Source: Alphaproteobacteria bacterium
GTDB taxonomy: Bacteria > Pseudomonadota > Alphaproteobacteria > GCA-2731375
NCBI GenBank assembly: GCA_965232515.1
Contig: CBDDPY010000002.1
Coordinates: 2,112,001-2,176,000, forward strand
DNA length: 64,000 nucleotides
Reading direction: 5' to 3'
A program made the position numbers and the translations under genes. Under the pieces are notes generated by a model. It saw only the letters and a list, made by a program, of their open reading frames with translations, ran no database searches and was not told where the DNA came from. Of this stretch, positions 10,188-19,351 are shown piece by piece; the stretch's first letter is position 1; every line of letters starts with the position of its first letter.

Positions 10188-10802
10188 TCACTTCACGGCA
10201 AAGACGCGGTGGATGGGGCCGCCATCGCCCGTTCGGGATTTGGTCACGGCTATGACGTTGTTAAGCCATGTATAGCGGCGATCGCCGGTCTCGAATTGCG
10301 GCGCCGCACGGAAGTAGTAGCGCCATGCGCCTGCGGGGTCGTCCGGTTTTTCGAGATCGGTCGCATACTCGGCGTCTTCCGGCGCCGACCAGAACCGCCC
10401 TTGCCAATAGACGTAGAGCATTGCTTTGTCGTGTGTCTCCAGGCAGAAGCGCACATCAAGGACGCCCGTCCCATCTGGTCGAATGCGTACCCAGTCCGCG
10501 CCTGCGTCCGGCACAACACGCCCGCGCAGGTGGGGCCCTTCGAACGCGCCGCCCTTTACGAGATAGATGAGGCGCCTGCCTTCGGATATCGGCCCCACGT
10601 CCAGCGGTGGAAGATGAAGCTGGACACGCGCTTCGAACAGGAACTCCAACTCGGGAGGGCTGTGCGCGTCCCAGCCGGCGGCGCTGAGTGTCAGGCCGCC
10701 GGCGCTCGGTTCCAGGGTATGCGCGTTGCCACGCCCAACAAGCGCGGTTGCGGCATAAAGTCCCGCGCCGACAAACATATTTCTACGTATCGTATCTGGC
10801 AT
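10188..10802 (-). CDS. DUF3237 domain protein, possible twin-arginine-like signal
   Basis: GRRLIYLVKGGAFEGPHLRGRV, GADW, YFRAAPQFETGDRRYTWLN; ATG 10802 behind GGAGG. Confidence 0.85.
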   Translation of the reverse strand: MPDTIRRNMFVGAGLYAATALVGRGNAHTLEPSAGGLTLSAAGWDAHSPPELEFLFEARVQLHLPPLDVGPISEGRRLIYLVKGGAFEGPHLRGRVVPDAGADWVRIRPDGTGVLDVRFCLETHDKAMLYVYWQGRFWSAPEDAEYATDLEKPDDPAGAWRYYFRAAPQFETGDRRYTWLNNVIAVTKSRTGDGGPIHRVFAVK

Positions 10803-10892
10803 CTGTTGCCCTCCGCCCGGGTCACACTCAATTCGGGTTGGCGCCCGCCGACCTTGGCGGCGCCATGCGGCCACTGCTAAGCCACGGCGCCA

Positions 10893-10950
10893 ATCATGTG
10901 CGCCACGCACATATTGTCAAGTTGAAATTCGTGCGCGCCGCACATAATCT
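10893..10950. promoter_or_regulatory. Divergent promoter with two MarR-type operator palindromes
   Basis: ATGTGCG-cca-CGCACAT (10896-10912) and TCGTGCG-cgc-CGCACAT (10929-10945); TTGACA on minus (10915-10920), TTGAAA on plus (10922-10927). Confidence 0.7.
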
Positions 10951-10957
10951 ACGACGG

Positions 10958-11464
10958 ATGATCGACCGCAACGCCAATCTGCTCGGTGTCGTCGGGCTTG
11001 CCGTCGCCGACCGCATCGGAGACGTGGCGCGCGACGTCCTTCGTCACGGCGGTGAAACCCCCGCAGCACTGGTTGTCATCGGATACGGCTCCGGCCCCTC
11101 CAACGATCAGCTGCGACGCATTCTCGGCTTGTCCCACCCGGGTACCGTGCGCCTCGTCGATCGGCTCGTCGCCGATGGCCTCGTTGAGCGTCGCAAGGGG
11201 CGAGACAAACGGGCGATCGCGCTCTACCTCAGCGAGCGGGGCATGGCATTGCGCGAGGAACTCCTGAAGGGACGCCTCGCCGCCATCCGGCCACTGCTGG
11301 CCCCGCTGACCGGCGTGGAGCAGGAGATTCTTGCGGCGCTGCTGCATAAGATGTTGTCTTCGATGGAGACGACGGCGACCGAACGCCGCACGCTCTGTCG
11401 CCTTTGCGATAAGCGCATCTGCACCAACTGCCCCATTCCGGCCGACGCGCGGCCGGAGACATGA
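10958..11464 (+). CDS. MarR family transcriptional regulator with Cys-rich C-terminus
   Basis: LGLSHPGTVRLVDRLVADGLVERR...DKR wing; C-terminal CRLCDKRICTNC; ATG 10958. Confidence 0.9.
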   Translation: MIDRNANLLGVVGLAVADRIGDVARDVLRHGGETPAALVVIGYGSGPSNDQLRRILGLSHPGTVRLVDRLVADGLVERRKGRDKRAIALYLSERGMALREELLKGRLAAIRPLLAPLTGVEQEILAALLHKMLSSMETTATERRTLCRLCDKRICTNCPIPADARPET

Positions 11465-11618
11465 ACACTAGACGCGGACATGCATCCCGCCTGGCGACCG
11501 GCCGGATGACGCACGCGTCACCCGACGCTTCGCAGACCCGGTGGATCGTCGCCACGGGCAAGGCCCACCCGCGGCCCAGGCGAACCTTGGCTGCGGCGGC
11601 AACGGCGAGCGCGCCGCA

Positions 11619-12185
11619 TCACGGGACGAGATGCCCGATCAGAAGCTTCATGAACAGCGCCGGCACAAACCACTCGAGTCCGGGCGTCGCGCCCAGCACG
11701 CCAAGCACCAGCCCGATTGCGACCAGAGAACACGTCACGGCGATCGGCAGCTTCAGATAGCGCGGCGCGGCAAGCACCGCGAATAGTGCGATGACGAGGC
11801 ATGCGGACACCGCCGCCGCATAGGTCGCGTCAAACCCTTCGCCCCGGAACGCCCACGCGACAACGCCGATGTGCAACAGGTGAAGGCAGGTGAAGGACAC
11901 ATGCCGGCCGGCGGTCACATCGAGCCGGTGATACCAACGCTTCGTCGTTTCTGTTGCGAAGCAGACCGCGCCGCCGATGACATCGAGCGCGATGACGGCG
12001 CCCAGAAGAATGAGCCAGATGTTTGCGCCCTGCGCGGCGAGCGCCCAAGCCGCGAGGATCGCGCCTGCGGTGCCCGAACCGATCACCAGGAAGTTTTCCT
12101 GCCAACGCATGCCCGGACCGACAAGACGGTCCCACGATCCTGGCAGACCCGTACGGGGCGCGGGAATAGCAACAGACGTCTCCAT
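11619..12185 (-). CDS. Hypothetical multi-pass membrane protein
   Basis: About 6 hydrophobic segments; WDRLVGPG and TKRWYHR; RBS GAGAGGA. Confidence 0.75.
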   Translation of the reverse strand: METSVAIPAPRTGLPGSWDRLVGPGMRWQENFLVIGSGTAGAILAAWALAAQGANIWLILLGAVIALDVIGGAVCFATETTKRWYHRLDVTAGRHVSFTCLHLLHIGVVAWAFRGEGFDATYAAAVSACLVIALFAVLAAPRYLKLPIAVTCSLVAIGLVLGVLGATPGLEWFVPALFMKLLIGHLVP

Positions 12186-12590
12186 ATGTATCCTCTCAAA
12201 CGGGGAACCGGTCCGTTGGCCCCGAAGGCCAATCCCCGACCCATCCCAATGACCATTGGCATGACGCGGCGCGCGTTAACCTGCTCAAGACGTCTGTCAT
12301 CACTGGCACGGCTTCAAGACAAACGCCGCCAACATGCGGCGACCGGTCGCACTGTTTCTGGCGTCTCTCAGGCAGACACATTCGGCAACGGATCGCCATC
12401 TGGCCGCGGCGCGTCCGCACCGTGCCGGCGTGGACGTGCAGATGCCGGGCGCGGACGAGGTCGGGCGCGCCGTCATGCACCCGGGCCAGGCGCGTGGCGG
12501 CCGATGTTCTCATAGACGGGACGCTGCGGTTCTCCGTATTTTCCAGGGCAATCTTCCGTCGGAGCAAGACGAACGGCCGAGAGGTGCCGC

Positions 12591-14663
12591 ATGCGAGATC
12601 CGCGATATGACGTCCTGTTCGAACCGGTCAGAATCGGCCCGCTGACGACCCGCAACCGGTTCTATCAGGTGCCGCACTGCACGGGCATGGGCCATCGCTA
12701 TTCCCGCGGCGAGGCGCGATTGCGCGGCATCAAGGCCGAGGGCGGCTGGGGCGTGGTGTCCACCCAGGAAACCGAAATCCACCCGAGCTCCGACCTGACC
12801 CCGGCCAACGAGGGACGCCTGTGGGACGACGGCGACGCGCCCGCGTTGCGCGCCGTCGCCGATGCCGTGCATGAGCATGGCAGCCTCGCGGCCATTCAGC
12901 TGGTCCACAACGGCCTGCATTCGGCGAACCGTTACAGCCGGACGCCGCCGCTTGCCCCATCGCACTGTGTTGTCGATTGCGACGATCCCGTTCAGGCGCG
13001 CGCCATGGACAAAGCCGACATCCAGGCGTTTCGCCGCTGGCACCGCGACGCCGCGCGACGCGCCAGGGAAATGGGCTTCGACATTATCTATGTCTATGCC
13101 GGCCATGACATGACGCTGCTACAGCATTTCCTGCTGGCCCGACACAACCACCGGACCGACGAATATGGCGGGTCCTTCGAAAACCGGCTGCGTCTTTTCC
13201 GTGAAGTGATCGCGGAGACGAAAGAAGCGGCAGGCGACCGTTGCGCCGTCGCGGTGCGTCTCGCGGTCGACGAGTTCATGGACGGCGAAGGATTTCGCCA
13301 CGACCATGAAGGCCGGGACATCATCGCGGCGCTGGCCGAAGAACCCGATCTTTGGGACGTGAACCTCTCGGACTGGGCAAATGACAGCCAGACCTCCCGG
13401 TTTTCCGACGAGGGCTTTCAGGAGCCCTACACGGCGTTCGTCAAATCGCTGACGACAAAGCCGGTGGTCGGTGTCGGCCGCTACACGTCGCCGGACTCGA
13501 TGGTGCGCGTCGTCAGGCAAGGCCGGCTCGATCTCATTGGCGCGGCGCGTCCGTCGATATCCGATCCGTTCCTGCCGAAGAAGATCGAAGAAGGCCGCAT
13601 CGACGACATCCGCGAGTGCATCGGCTGCAACATCTGCACCGCCAGCGACAACGTCTCGATGCCGATCCGCTGCACGCAGAACCCGACCATGGGCCAGGAA
13701 TGGCGGCGCGGCTGGCACCCGGAAATCATCCCGCCGCTGAAGGCGCCCGAAGCGCATCTGATCGTCGGCGGCGGCCCCGCCGGCCTGGAGGCCGCGCGGG
13801 CGCTCGGACAGCGCGGCGCGACCGTGATCCTTGCCGAGAGCGGCCGCGAATGGGGCGGGCGCGTCGCCCGCGAGGCCCGCCTCCCGGGGCTCGCGGGCTG
13901 GGCGCGCGTGCGCGATTGGCGTCTTTCGCAGCTTCAACAAATGCCGAATGTCGAGATGTATCTGGAGAGCGACTTGAGCGCGGCCGACATTCTCGACTAC
14001 GGCATTCGAAACGTCGCCCTTGCCACGGGCGCCAGGTGGCGTCGCGATGGCGTCGGACGCCACCACCGCAAGCCGTTGACCTTCCTGAACCCCGAACGGG
14101 TGTTAACGCCGGACGATCTGATGCAGCCGCAGGCGACCGAACGGCTCGCATCCGGACCGCTGGTGATCTTCGATGACGACCGGTTCTACATGGCGAGCGT
14201 TCTGGCCGAACGGTTGGCGGCATCGGGCCACGATGTTCATTTCGTCACGCCGGCAGCGGTGGTCGCGCCGTGGTCGGTCAATACGCTGGAGCAGGATCGG
14301 ATTCAGACGCGCCTCATTGACCTCGGCGTGAATATCGTCCCGCTGCACGGGTTGCACGGCATGCGGGACGACCGCATCCAACTGTCCTGTGTCTACTCCG
14401 GACGCGTGCGGGAACTGGACTGCGCGACGCTTGTCTCGGTGACGTCGCGCCTGCCCGACGACACGCTCTGGCACGAGCTCACGGGCGCGCGCCGTCACTG
14501 GCCGGATGCCGGCATCGCCTCGGTGGAACGCATCGGCGATTGCCTTGCGCCCGCCCTGATTTCCGATGCCTGTTATTCGGGCCACGCCTATGCGCGTGGC
14601 GTCGAAGATCCGTCATCCGACGTCGTCAACCGGGACGACAGAGTGCAAGGACTGACCGGATGA
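12591..14663 (+). CDS. Histamine/trimethylamine dehydrogenase-family iron-sulfur flavoprotein (old yellow enzyme fold)
   Basis: YDVLFEPVRIGP...NRFYQVPHC (Cys site for 6-S-cysteinyl-FMN), CIGCNIC-x11-C 4Fe-4S motif, GGGPAG ADP-binding motif. Confidence 0.88.
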   Translation: MRDPRYDVLFEPVRIGPLTTRNRFYQVPHCTGMGHRYSRGEARLRGIKAEGGWGVVSTQETEIHPSSDLTPANEGRLWDDGDAPALRAVADAVHEHGSLAAIQLVHNGLHSANRYSRTPPLAPSHCVVDCDDPVQARAMDKADIQAFRRWHRDAARRAREMGFDIIYVYAGHDMTLLQHFLLARHNHRTDEYGGSFENRLRLFREVIAETKEAAGDRCAVAVRLAVDEFMDGEGFRHDHEGRDIIAALAEEPDLWDVNLSDWANDSQTSRFSDEGFQEPYTAFVKSLTTKPVVGVGRYTSPDSMVRVVRQGRLDLIGAARPSISDPFLPKKIEEGRIDDIRECIGCNICTASDNVSMPIRCTQNPTMGQEWRRGWHPEIIPPLKAPEAHLIVGGGPAGLEAARALGQRGATVILAESGREWGGRVAREARLPGLAGWARVRDWRLSQLQQMPNVEMYLESDLSAADILDYGIRNVALATGARWRRDGVGRHHRKPLTFLNPERVLTPDDLMQPQATERLASGPLVIFDDDRFYMASVLAERLAASGHDVHFVTPAAVVAPWSVNTLEQDRIQTRLIDLGVNIVPLHGLHGMRDDRIQLSCVYSGRVRELDCATLVSVTSRLPDDTLWHELTGARRHWPDAGIASVERIGDCLAPALISDACYSGHAYARGVEDPSSDVVNRDDRVQGLTG

Positions 14664-14686
14664 CATACCGATAACGGCGCCTGGCC

Positions 14687-15559
14687 TCACGCCGCGCGCC
14701 GGCGCTCCCGATACATGGCGTAGAGGCCGCCGGCCACGATGGCGACGACGCCGATCACCGTCCAGTGCTCGGGCCGTTCATTGAAAACAAGCCAGCCAAT
14801 CAACAAGGCAAACGCCACCGCCGAGTAGGTAAAGGGCTGCAAGGCCGATGCCTGTCCACGACGCAGCGCCGCGATCAGCCCGAAATGACCGGCGGTATTG
14901 AAAACCCCCGCCAGCAGCATCCACGTCCAGGTTTCGGCGTCTTCGGGGTGCCGCCAATCCCACGGCGCGATCAGCCCCGTCACCGCGAACATGGCGCAGC
15001 CCGTCCATAACAGCGTCGTTGCTTCACTGTCGTGGCGGCTCAACGCGCGCAGCAGAACCTGATAGACGCCCCACAGCAAGACACCCGATATCGGCAACAG
15101 GGTAAGCCACCCGAAGGTACCGAATCCGGGGCGCGACACCGCCAGCATGCCGGCGCAACCGACCAACACCGCGATCCATCGATGCACGCCGACCTTCTCG
15201 CCGAGAAATGCCGATGCAAACACCAGCACGACCAACGGCGTTGCGGCGCTGATCCCCGTGACATCGCCCAGCGGCAGGCTGCGGAACGCGAAAATGAATA
15301 CGGCGACTTCGGCCACAAGGATAAGAGAGCGAATTGCCTGAAGCACCTTGCGCTCGCTCCTGAAGGCGCGCTTCAGCCCACCGTGACGGGATATCCAAAT
15401 GAGCGCGATCGCCAGCCAGACCCACGACCGCACCCAAAGCACCTGCCAAACCGAATAGGTCTGCGTCAGGTGCTTTCCGATGGCGTCGCCGACGGTGATG
15501 CAGAACATCGCCATAAGCGTGAGCAGTATTGCGACAAAAGGCGTTCGATCGCCGTCCAT
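14687..15559 (-). CDS. DMT/EamA family transporter
   Basis: About 10 TM segments; FLGEKVG, ASALQPFTY, FNERP. Confidence 0.9.
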   Translation of the reverse strand: MDGDRTPFVAILLTLMAMFCITVGDAIGKHLTQTYSVWQVLWVRSWVWLAIALIWISRHGGLKRAFRSERKVLQAIRSLILVAEVAVFIFAFRSLPLGDVTGISAATPLVVLVFASAFLGEKVGVHRWIAVLVGCAGMLAVSRPGFGTFGWLTLLPISGVLLWGVYQVLLRALSRHDSEATTLLWTGCAMFAVTGLIAPWDWRHPEDAETWTWMLLAGVFNTAGHFGLIAALRRGQASALQPFTYSAVAFALLIGWLVFNERPEHWTVIGVVAIVAGGLYAMYRERRRAA

Positions 15560-15745
15560 TATTCTACTTTCGATTGAATTCACTGAAGGCAGGCGGCGCT
15601 GCCCCTTCGCGGTCGGAGAGGTCCCCTTCGTTCGGGAAACGAGGATAGTGGCGGGTTCGGCGTGGCAATGGGTAACCGCGATGACGGTCCCGTCGCAAAC
15701 GAGTATATAGACGACCTAGGCATACATTTTTTAGGTCTCGTCGCG

Positions 15746-16636
15746 ATGGCCGCGCCACGCCGTCAACAGGTCCCGCCGCTGAACGCGCTCCGCGCCTTTG
15801 AAGCCGCCGCGCGCCATTCGAGCTTCACCGAAGCGGCGCGGGAGCTGTTCGTCACCCCGGCGGCGGTCGCGCGACATGTGAAGGGGCTTGAAGCCTGGGC
15901 CGGTGCGCCGCTGTTCACGCGCCGCGCCCAGGGCGTCGAGCTGACGGCGCTCGGCACAAGCGTGCTGCCCGAGTTCGTTTCCGCCTTCGACAGCCTCGGC
16001 GGGGTCGTGCAATCGCTTCGGGCGCAGGTCGAACCCAACGTTGTCCGGATCGCCGCGCTGCCGTGCATCGCGCAGCTCTGGCTCGCGCCGCGAATGCCGG
16101 TCATTCGGGCTGCGGTGAACGACATCGTGCTGTCGGTCACCACGTCCGAACATCCGCCCAACCTGAAGCGCGAACCGTTCGATATGAGCATCTATTTCGT
16201 CGCCAACCCGCTCCGGGACACGCACATCGAACTGTGTCGCAACGTCACCTTCCCGGTGTGTTCGCCCGCGCTTGCCGCCGAACTGCGTGAGCCGGCCGAC
16301 CTCGCCGGCGCGACGTTTCTTCACGATGCCTGCTGGCTGCACGAGTGGGACGCCTGGCTGGCGCACGCGTGTCCGGACGCGTCCATCGACACCCGGGGGT
16401 CGGTGTTCACGCTCTACAGCTTCGCCGTCGCCGAGGCGAAGAACGGCGCCGGCGTCCTGATCGGCCACGAACCGCTCGTTCGCGGCGACCTCGATCGGGG
16501 CGACCTGATCGCGCCGTTCGAGACAAGCATCGAAGGCGACGTGAGCCTGGCCATCGAGGTCGCGCGGCCGAACTACGAAGAGCGCCCCCTCGGCAGGGTC
16601 ATCGAAGCCCTCCGGAACGCCTCGCCTCCAGCCTAG
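15746..16636 (+). CDS. LysR family regulator (GcvA/AmpR-like)
   Basis: PPLNALRAFEAAARHSSFTEAARELFVTPAAV. Confidence 0.92.
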   Translation: MAAPRRQQVPPLNALRAFEAAARHSSFTEAARELFVTPAAVARHVKGLEAWAGAPLFTRRAQGVELTALGTSVLPEFVSAFDSLGGVVQSLRAQVEPNVVRIAALPCIAQLWLAPRMPVIRAAVNDIVLSVTTSEHPPNLKREPFDMSIYFVANPLRDTHIELCRNVTFPVCSPALAAELREPADLAGATFLHDACWLHEWDAWLAHACPDASIDTRGSVFTLYSFAVAEAKNGAGVLIGHEPLVRGDLDRGDLIAPFETSIEGDVSLAIEVARPNYEERPLGRVIEALRNASPPA

Positions 16637-17487
16637 CCCGCCGGATGAAACACCCGCTCGAACGACTCCCTGAGCCAGCGGATCGTCGCCTGGATGCGGA
16701 GCGTCTGCACCGTGTCGGGATGGGCATGCAAATGCAGCGCGCGGATCAGGTCCGGCTCGCCGTCGTTCACGCGGACCAGGCGCGGGTCCGCCTCGCCGAG
16801 GCACATCGGTAACAGCCCCTTGCCGACGCCCTCGCCGACGGCGGCGCGCATGATGCCGGCATCCGTCGCGGTCAGGCGCATGCGCTCGCCGCGCCGGCGC
16901 AGGCCCTTGTGCGCGCGGGTGATGTTGGGCCGCACCGCGTCCTCGTCGTAGAACGAGACCCAGCCGTCGGGCTCTTCGGCCATGTCGCGGGCCTTGTAGA
17001 CGGCGTACGGCACGTCGCCCAGCTTGATCGCGAACTCGCCCTCGCCCGGCTCGACCTCGAACCAGATCGACAGCGAGGCCTCGCCCCGCACCCGGTTGCG
17101 CGGGATCAGCGAGATCACGCGCAGGTCGAGCCGCGGATGCGCGGCCAGGAACGGCCCCATCGCCATCCCGGCCAGCCGCTCCAGCGTCCAGGGGTTGCCC
17201 AGCAGGCGGACGGTGCCGACCGGCCCGTCGTCCGACGCCGTCACCTCGTCGATCATCCGGTCGACCCGGCGCTCGACCTCCAGCACCTGCTTGATCGCGG
17301 CCTCACCGGCATCGGTGAGCGCGAAGCCCGTCTTCGAACGCACGAACAGGATCACGCCCAGATTGGCCTCCAGCGCCGACAGCCGCCGGCCGGCCGTCGA
17401 CTGGTCGATGCCCAGCGTCTGCGCGGCCTGCGTCAGCGAGCCCGTGCGGCTGACCGCAAGCGCGACTTTCAGATTGTCCCAATCCAT
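16633..17487 (-). CDS. LysR family regulator
   Basis: MDWDNLKVALAVSRTGSLTQAAQTLGIDQSTAGRRLSALE. Confidence 0.9.
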   Translation of the reverse strand: MDWDNLKVALAVSRTGSLTQAAQTLGIDQSTAGRRLSALEANLGVILFVRSKTGFALTDAGEAAIKQVLEVERRVDRMIDEVTASDDGPVGTVRLLGNPWTLERLAGMAMGPFLAAHPRLDLRVISLIPRNRVRGEASLSIWFEVEPGEGEFAIKLGDVPYAVYKARDMAEEPDGWVSFYDEDAVRPNITRAHKGLRRRGERMRLTATDAGIMRAAVGEGVGKGLLPMCLGEADPRLVRVNDGEPDLIRALHLHAHPDTVQTLRIQATIRWLRESFERVFHPAG

Positions 17488-17716
17488 CGGTTGACCCCCG
17501 ATCTCGGTGTTTCGCATGGCGCCGCATGCTTATCAAAGCGCCCGGCCGCGGGTGTGACATAGCCCACAACCGACACTGCAGGGCTGCATAGTCCTTATGC
17601 GGTTTCTCGGGTTCCGGTCCAGCGGCCCTGCCGGTAATTGATTATGCAATCGTCGCGACGCGCTGGGCGACCCCGGTGGCGGCGCGCGGAATCTCAAATG
17701 ACGGAGGCGTCATCCG

Positions 17717-18133
17717 ATGGCGCTCAGCAACGACGAAATCGCACTGATCCGCAGCAGCTTCCGCGCGGTTACGCTGAACACGGAACAGGCCGCGGACCGC
17801 CTCTACCGCATCCTGTTCGAGATCGCGCCCGATGTCCGCGACATGTTCCTGCGCGACATGCAGCCCCAGGGCGCCATGCTGATGAGCAAGCTCGGGCTCG
17901 TCGTCTCGGAGCTGCAGAACCTGGAGGCGCTGGCGCCGATGCTGGAGGACCTGGCGCTGCGCCATGTCGCCTATGGCGTCAAGCCCGAGCACTATCCGGC
18001 CCTCGGCGAGGCGCTGTTGCGCATGCTCGCCGACACGCTCGGCGACGACTTCACGGACGAAACCCGTGCCGCCTGGGCCAAGGCCTACGACGAGCTCGCG
18101 ACGCTGATGATCGGCAGCGCCTACCGCGATTGA
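17717..18133 (+). CDS. Single-domain globin
   Basis: LYRILF, LALRHVAYGVKPEHY, AWAKAY; RBS GGAGG; divergent from LysR. Confidence 0.92.
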   Translation: MALSNDEIALIRSSFRAVTLNTEQAADRLYRILFEIAPDVRDMFLRDMQPQGAMLMSKLGLVVSELQNLEALAPMLEDLALRHVAYGVKPEHYPALGEALLRMLADTLGDDFTDETRAAWAKAYDELATLMIGSAYRD

Positions 18134-18697
18134 GCGACATGTTGCCCGAGCTCGCCCCATCCCACTCCCCCGCCGAAGAACTCGGCTTGACGAAGAAACG
18201 TCTGCGACTTCCGCCGTTTGTCATCGACCCGGAAACCTCGGACTGAAGGAACCTGTAATGAAAGTACCCGCGTTTCCGGCCGCCACCTCGGCGGCCGGCC
18301 CGTTACACGGCATCGAAGGCGCGACCGACAAGTTCTCGGTCTCGGTCGAGATCACATTCGGCGCTGCCGTCCGCAGCGACGCCGGCGATCTCGACATCTT
18401 CCCGGCCCGCCAGCGCGGCCCCGCGTAGACACGGCACGGACGAAATCGGGTTAGGCAGGCCACCCCCACCTCGACCTGGTCTGCCGATACCCGGGGGAAG
18501 GGCCGGCGTCTGGGGCCCTTCCCCATCCACCGCCCATCAATCCGAACGGCGGCGTGAACGCAATCGCCGAATTCTCAAAGCGCCGTCGAGGATTCCTCGC
18601 TGCCGTCGAGGTCGCCGGCATGCCACGTAGTGAACCGCAACCCGGCGCCATCGGCCGGCGCCAGGCACGCGCAATCCGGATCAGGAGGATCCGAATA

Positions 18698-19351
18698 ATG
18701 TCTTTTCCAGAACGCCCAGGGCATCTCGCGGCTGCCGTCATCGCCGTCTGTGTCGGCGTGATGTCCGGCACGGCGTCGGCGGCGGCAGTTCTGAACGTCG
18801 TCGGCGGACAGCTGACGGGCGCCCAGAACGTCCAGATCGGCAACGCGCTCTACGATGTGCAGTTCGTCGACGACAGCTGCATCAACATCTTCAACGGCTG
18901 CGACGACGTCTCGGACTTCGACTTCGACAATGCCGTGGACGCCGTCGCCGCCGGCCAGGCCCTGTTGGACCAGGTACTGCTCGACGGGCCCGAGGGCCCG
19001 TTCGACTCGGACCCGACGGCGACGTCGGGCTGCGCCGATGCCTTCAATTGCTTCGTCTTTATTCCCTACGACATCGACAACTCGGAACCGCTCTTCAGCA
19101 TCCCGTCCGCCTTCGCCCGCAACTTCGCCGACGGCGGCCCGAATGTCGATGACGCCGGTACCGTCCTGGGCGCGATCCCGTCTCAGAACCAGGCCGGCAG
19201 CCCGCTGATCGTCTGGGGCGTGTTCACGAAAACATCCGAGATCCCGACCCCGGGCGCGTTCTGGCTCTTCGTCGCCGCGCTGACGGCGCTCGCCATCGGC
19301 CGCCGCCGGTCGGCATTTACCACCCGACAAACCGTATCCATGAGGACCTAA
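18698..19351 (+). CDS. Secreted protein with PEP-CTERM/VPLPA-CTERM-like sorting signal (paralog 1)
   Basis: Signal peptide; acidic 4-Cys domain; EIPTPGAFWLF + TM + RRR; ATG 18698 behind AGGAGG. Confidence 0.82.
   Translation: MSFPERPGHLAAAVIAVCVGVMSGTASAAAVLNVVGGQLTGAQNVQIGNALYDVQFVDDSCINIFNGCDDVSDFDFDNAVDAVAAGQALLDQVLLDGPEGPFDSDPTATSGCADAFNCFVFIPYDIDNSEPLFSIPSAFARNFADGGPNVDDAGTVLGAIPSQNQAGSPLIVWGVFTKTSEIPTPGAFWLFVAALTALAIGRRRSAFTTRQTVSMRT

Noticed and set aside
12340-12400. Glycine-riboswitch-like CTCTCAGG
   Set aside because: The upstream GGAGA and GCCGAAG elements are absent at the required spacing
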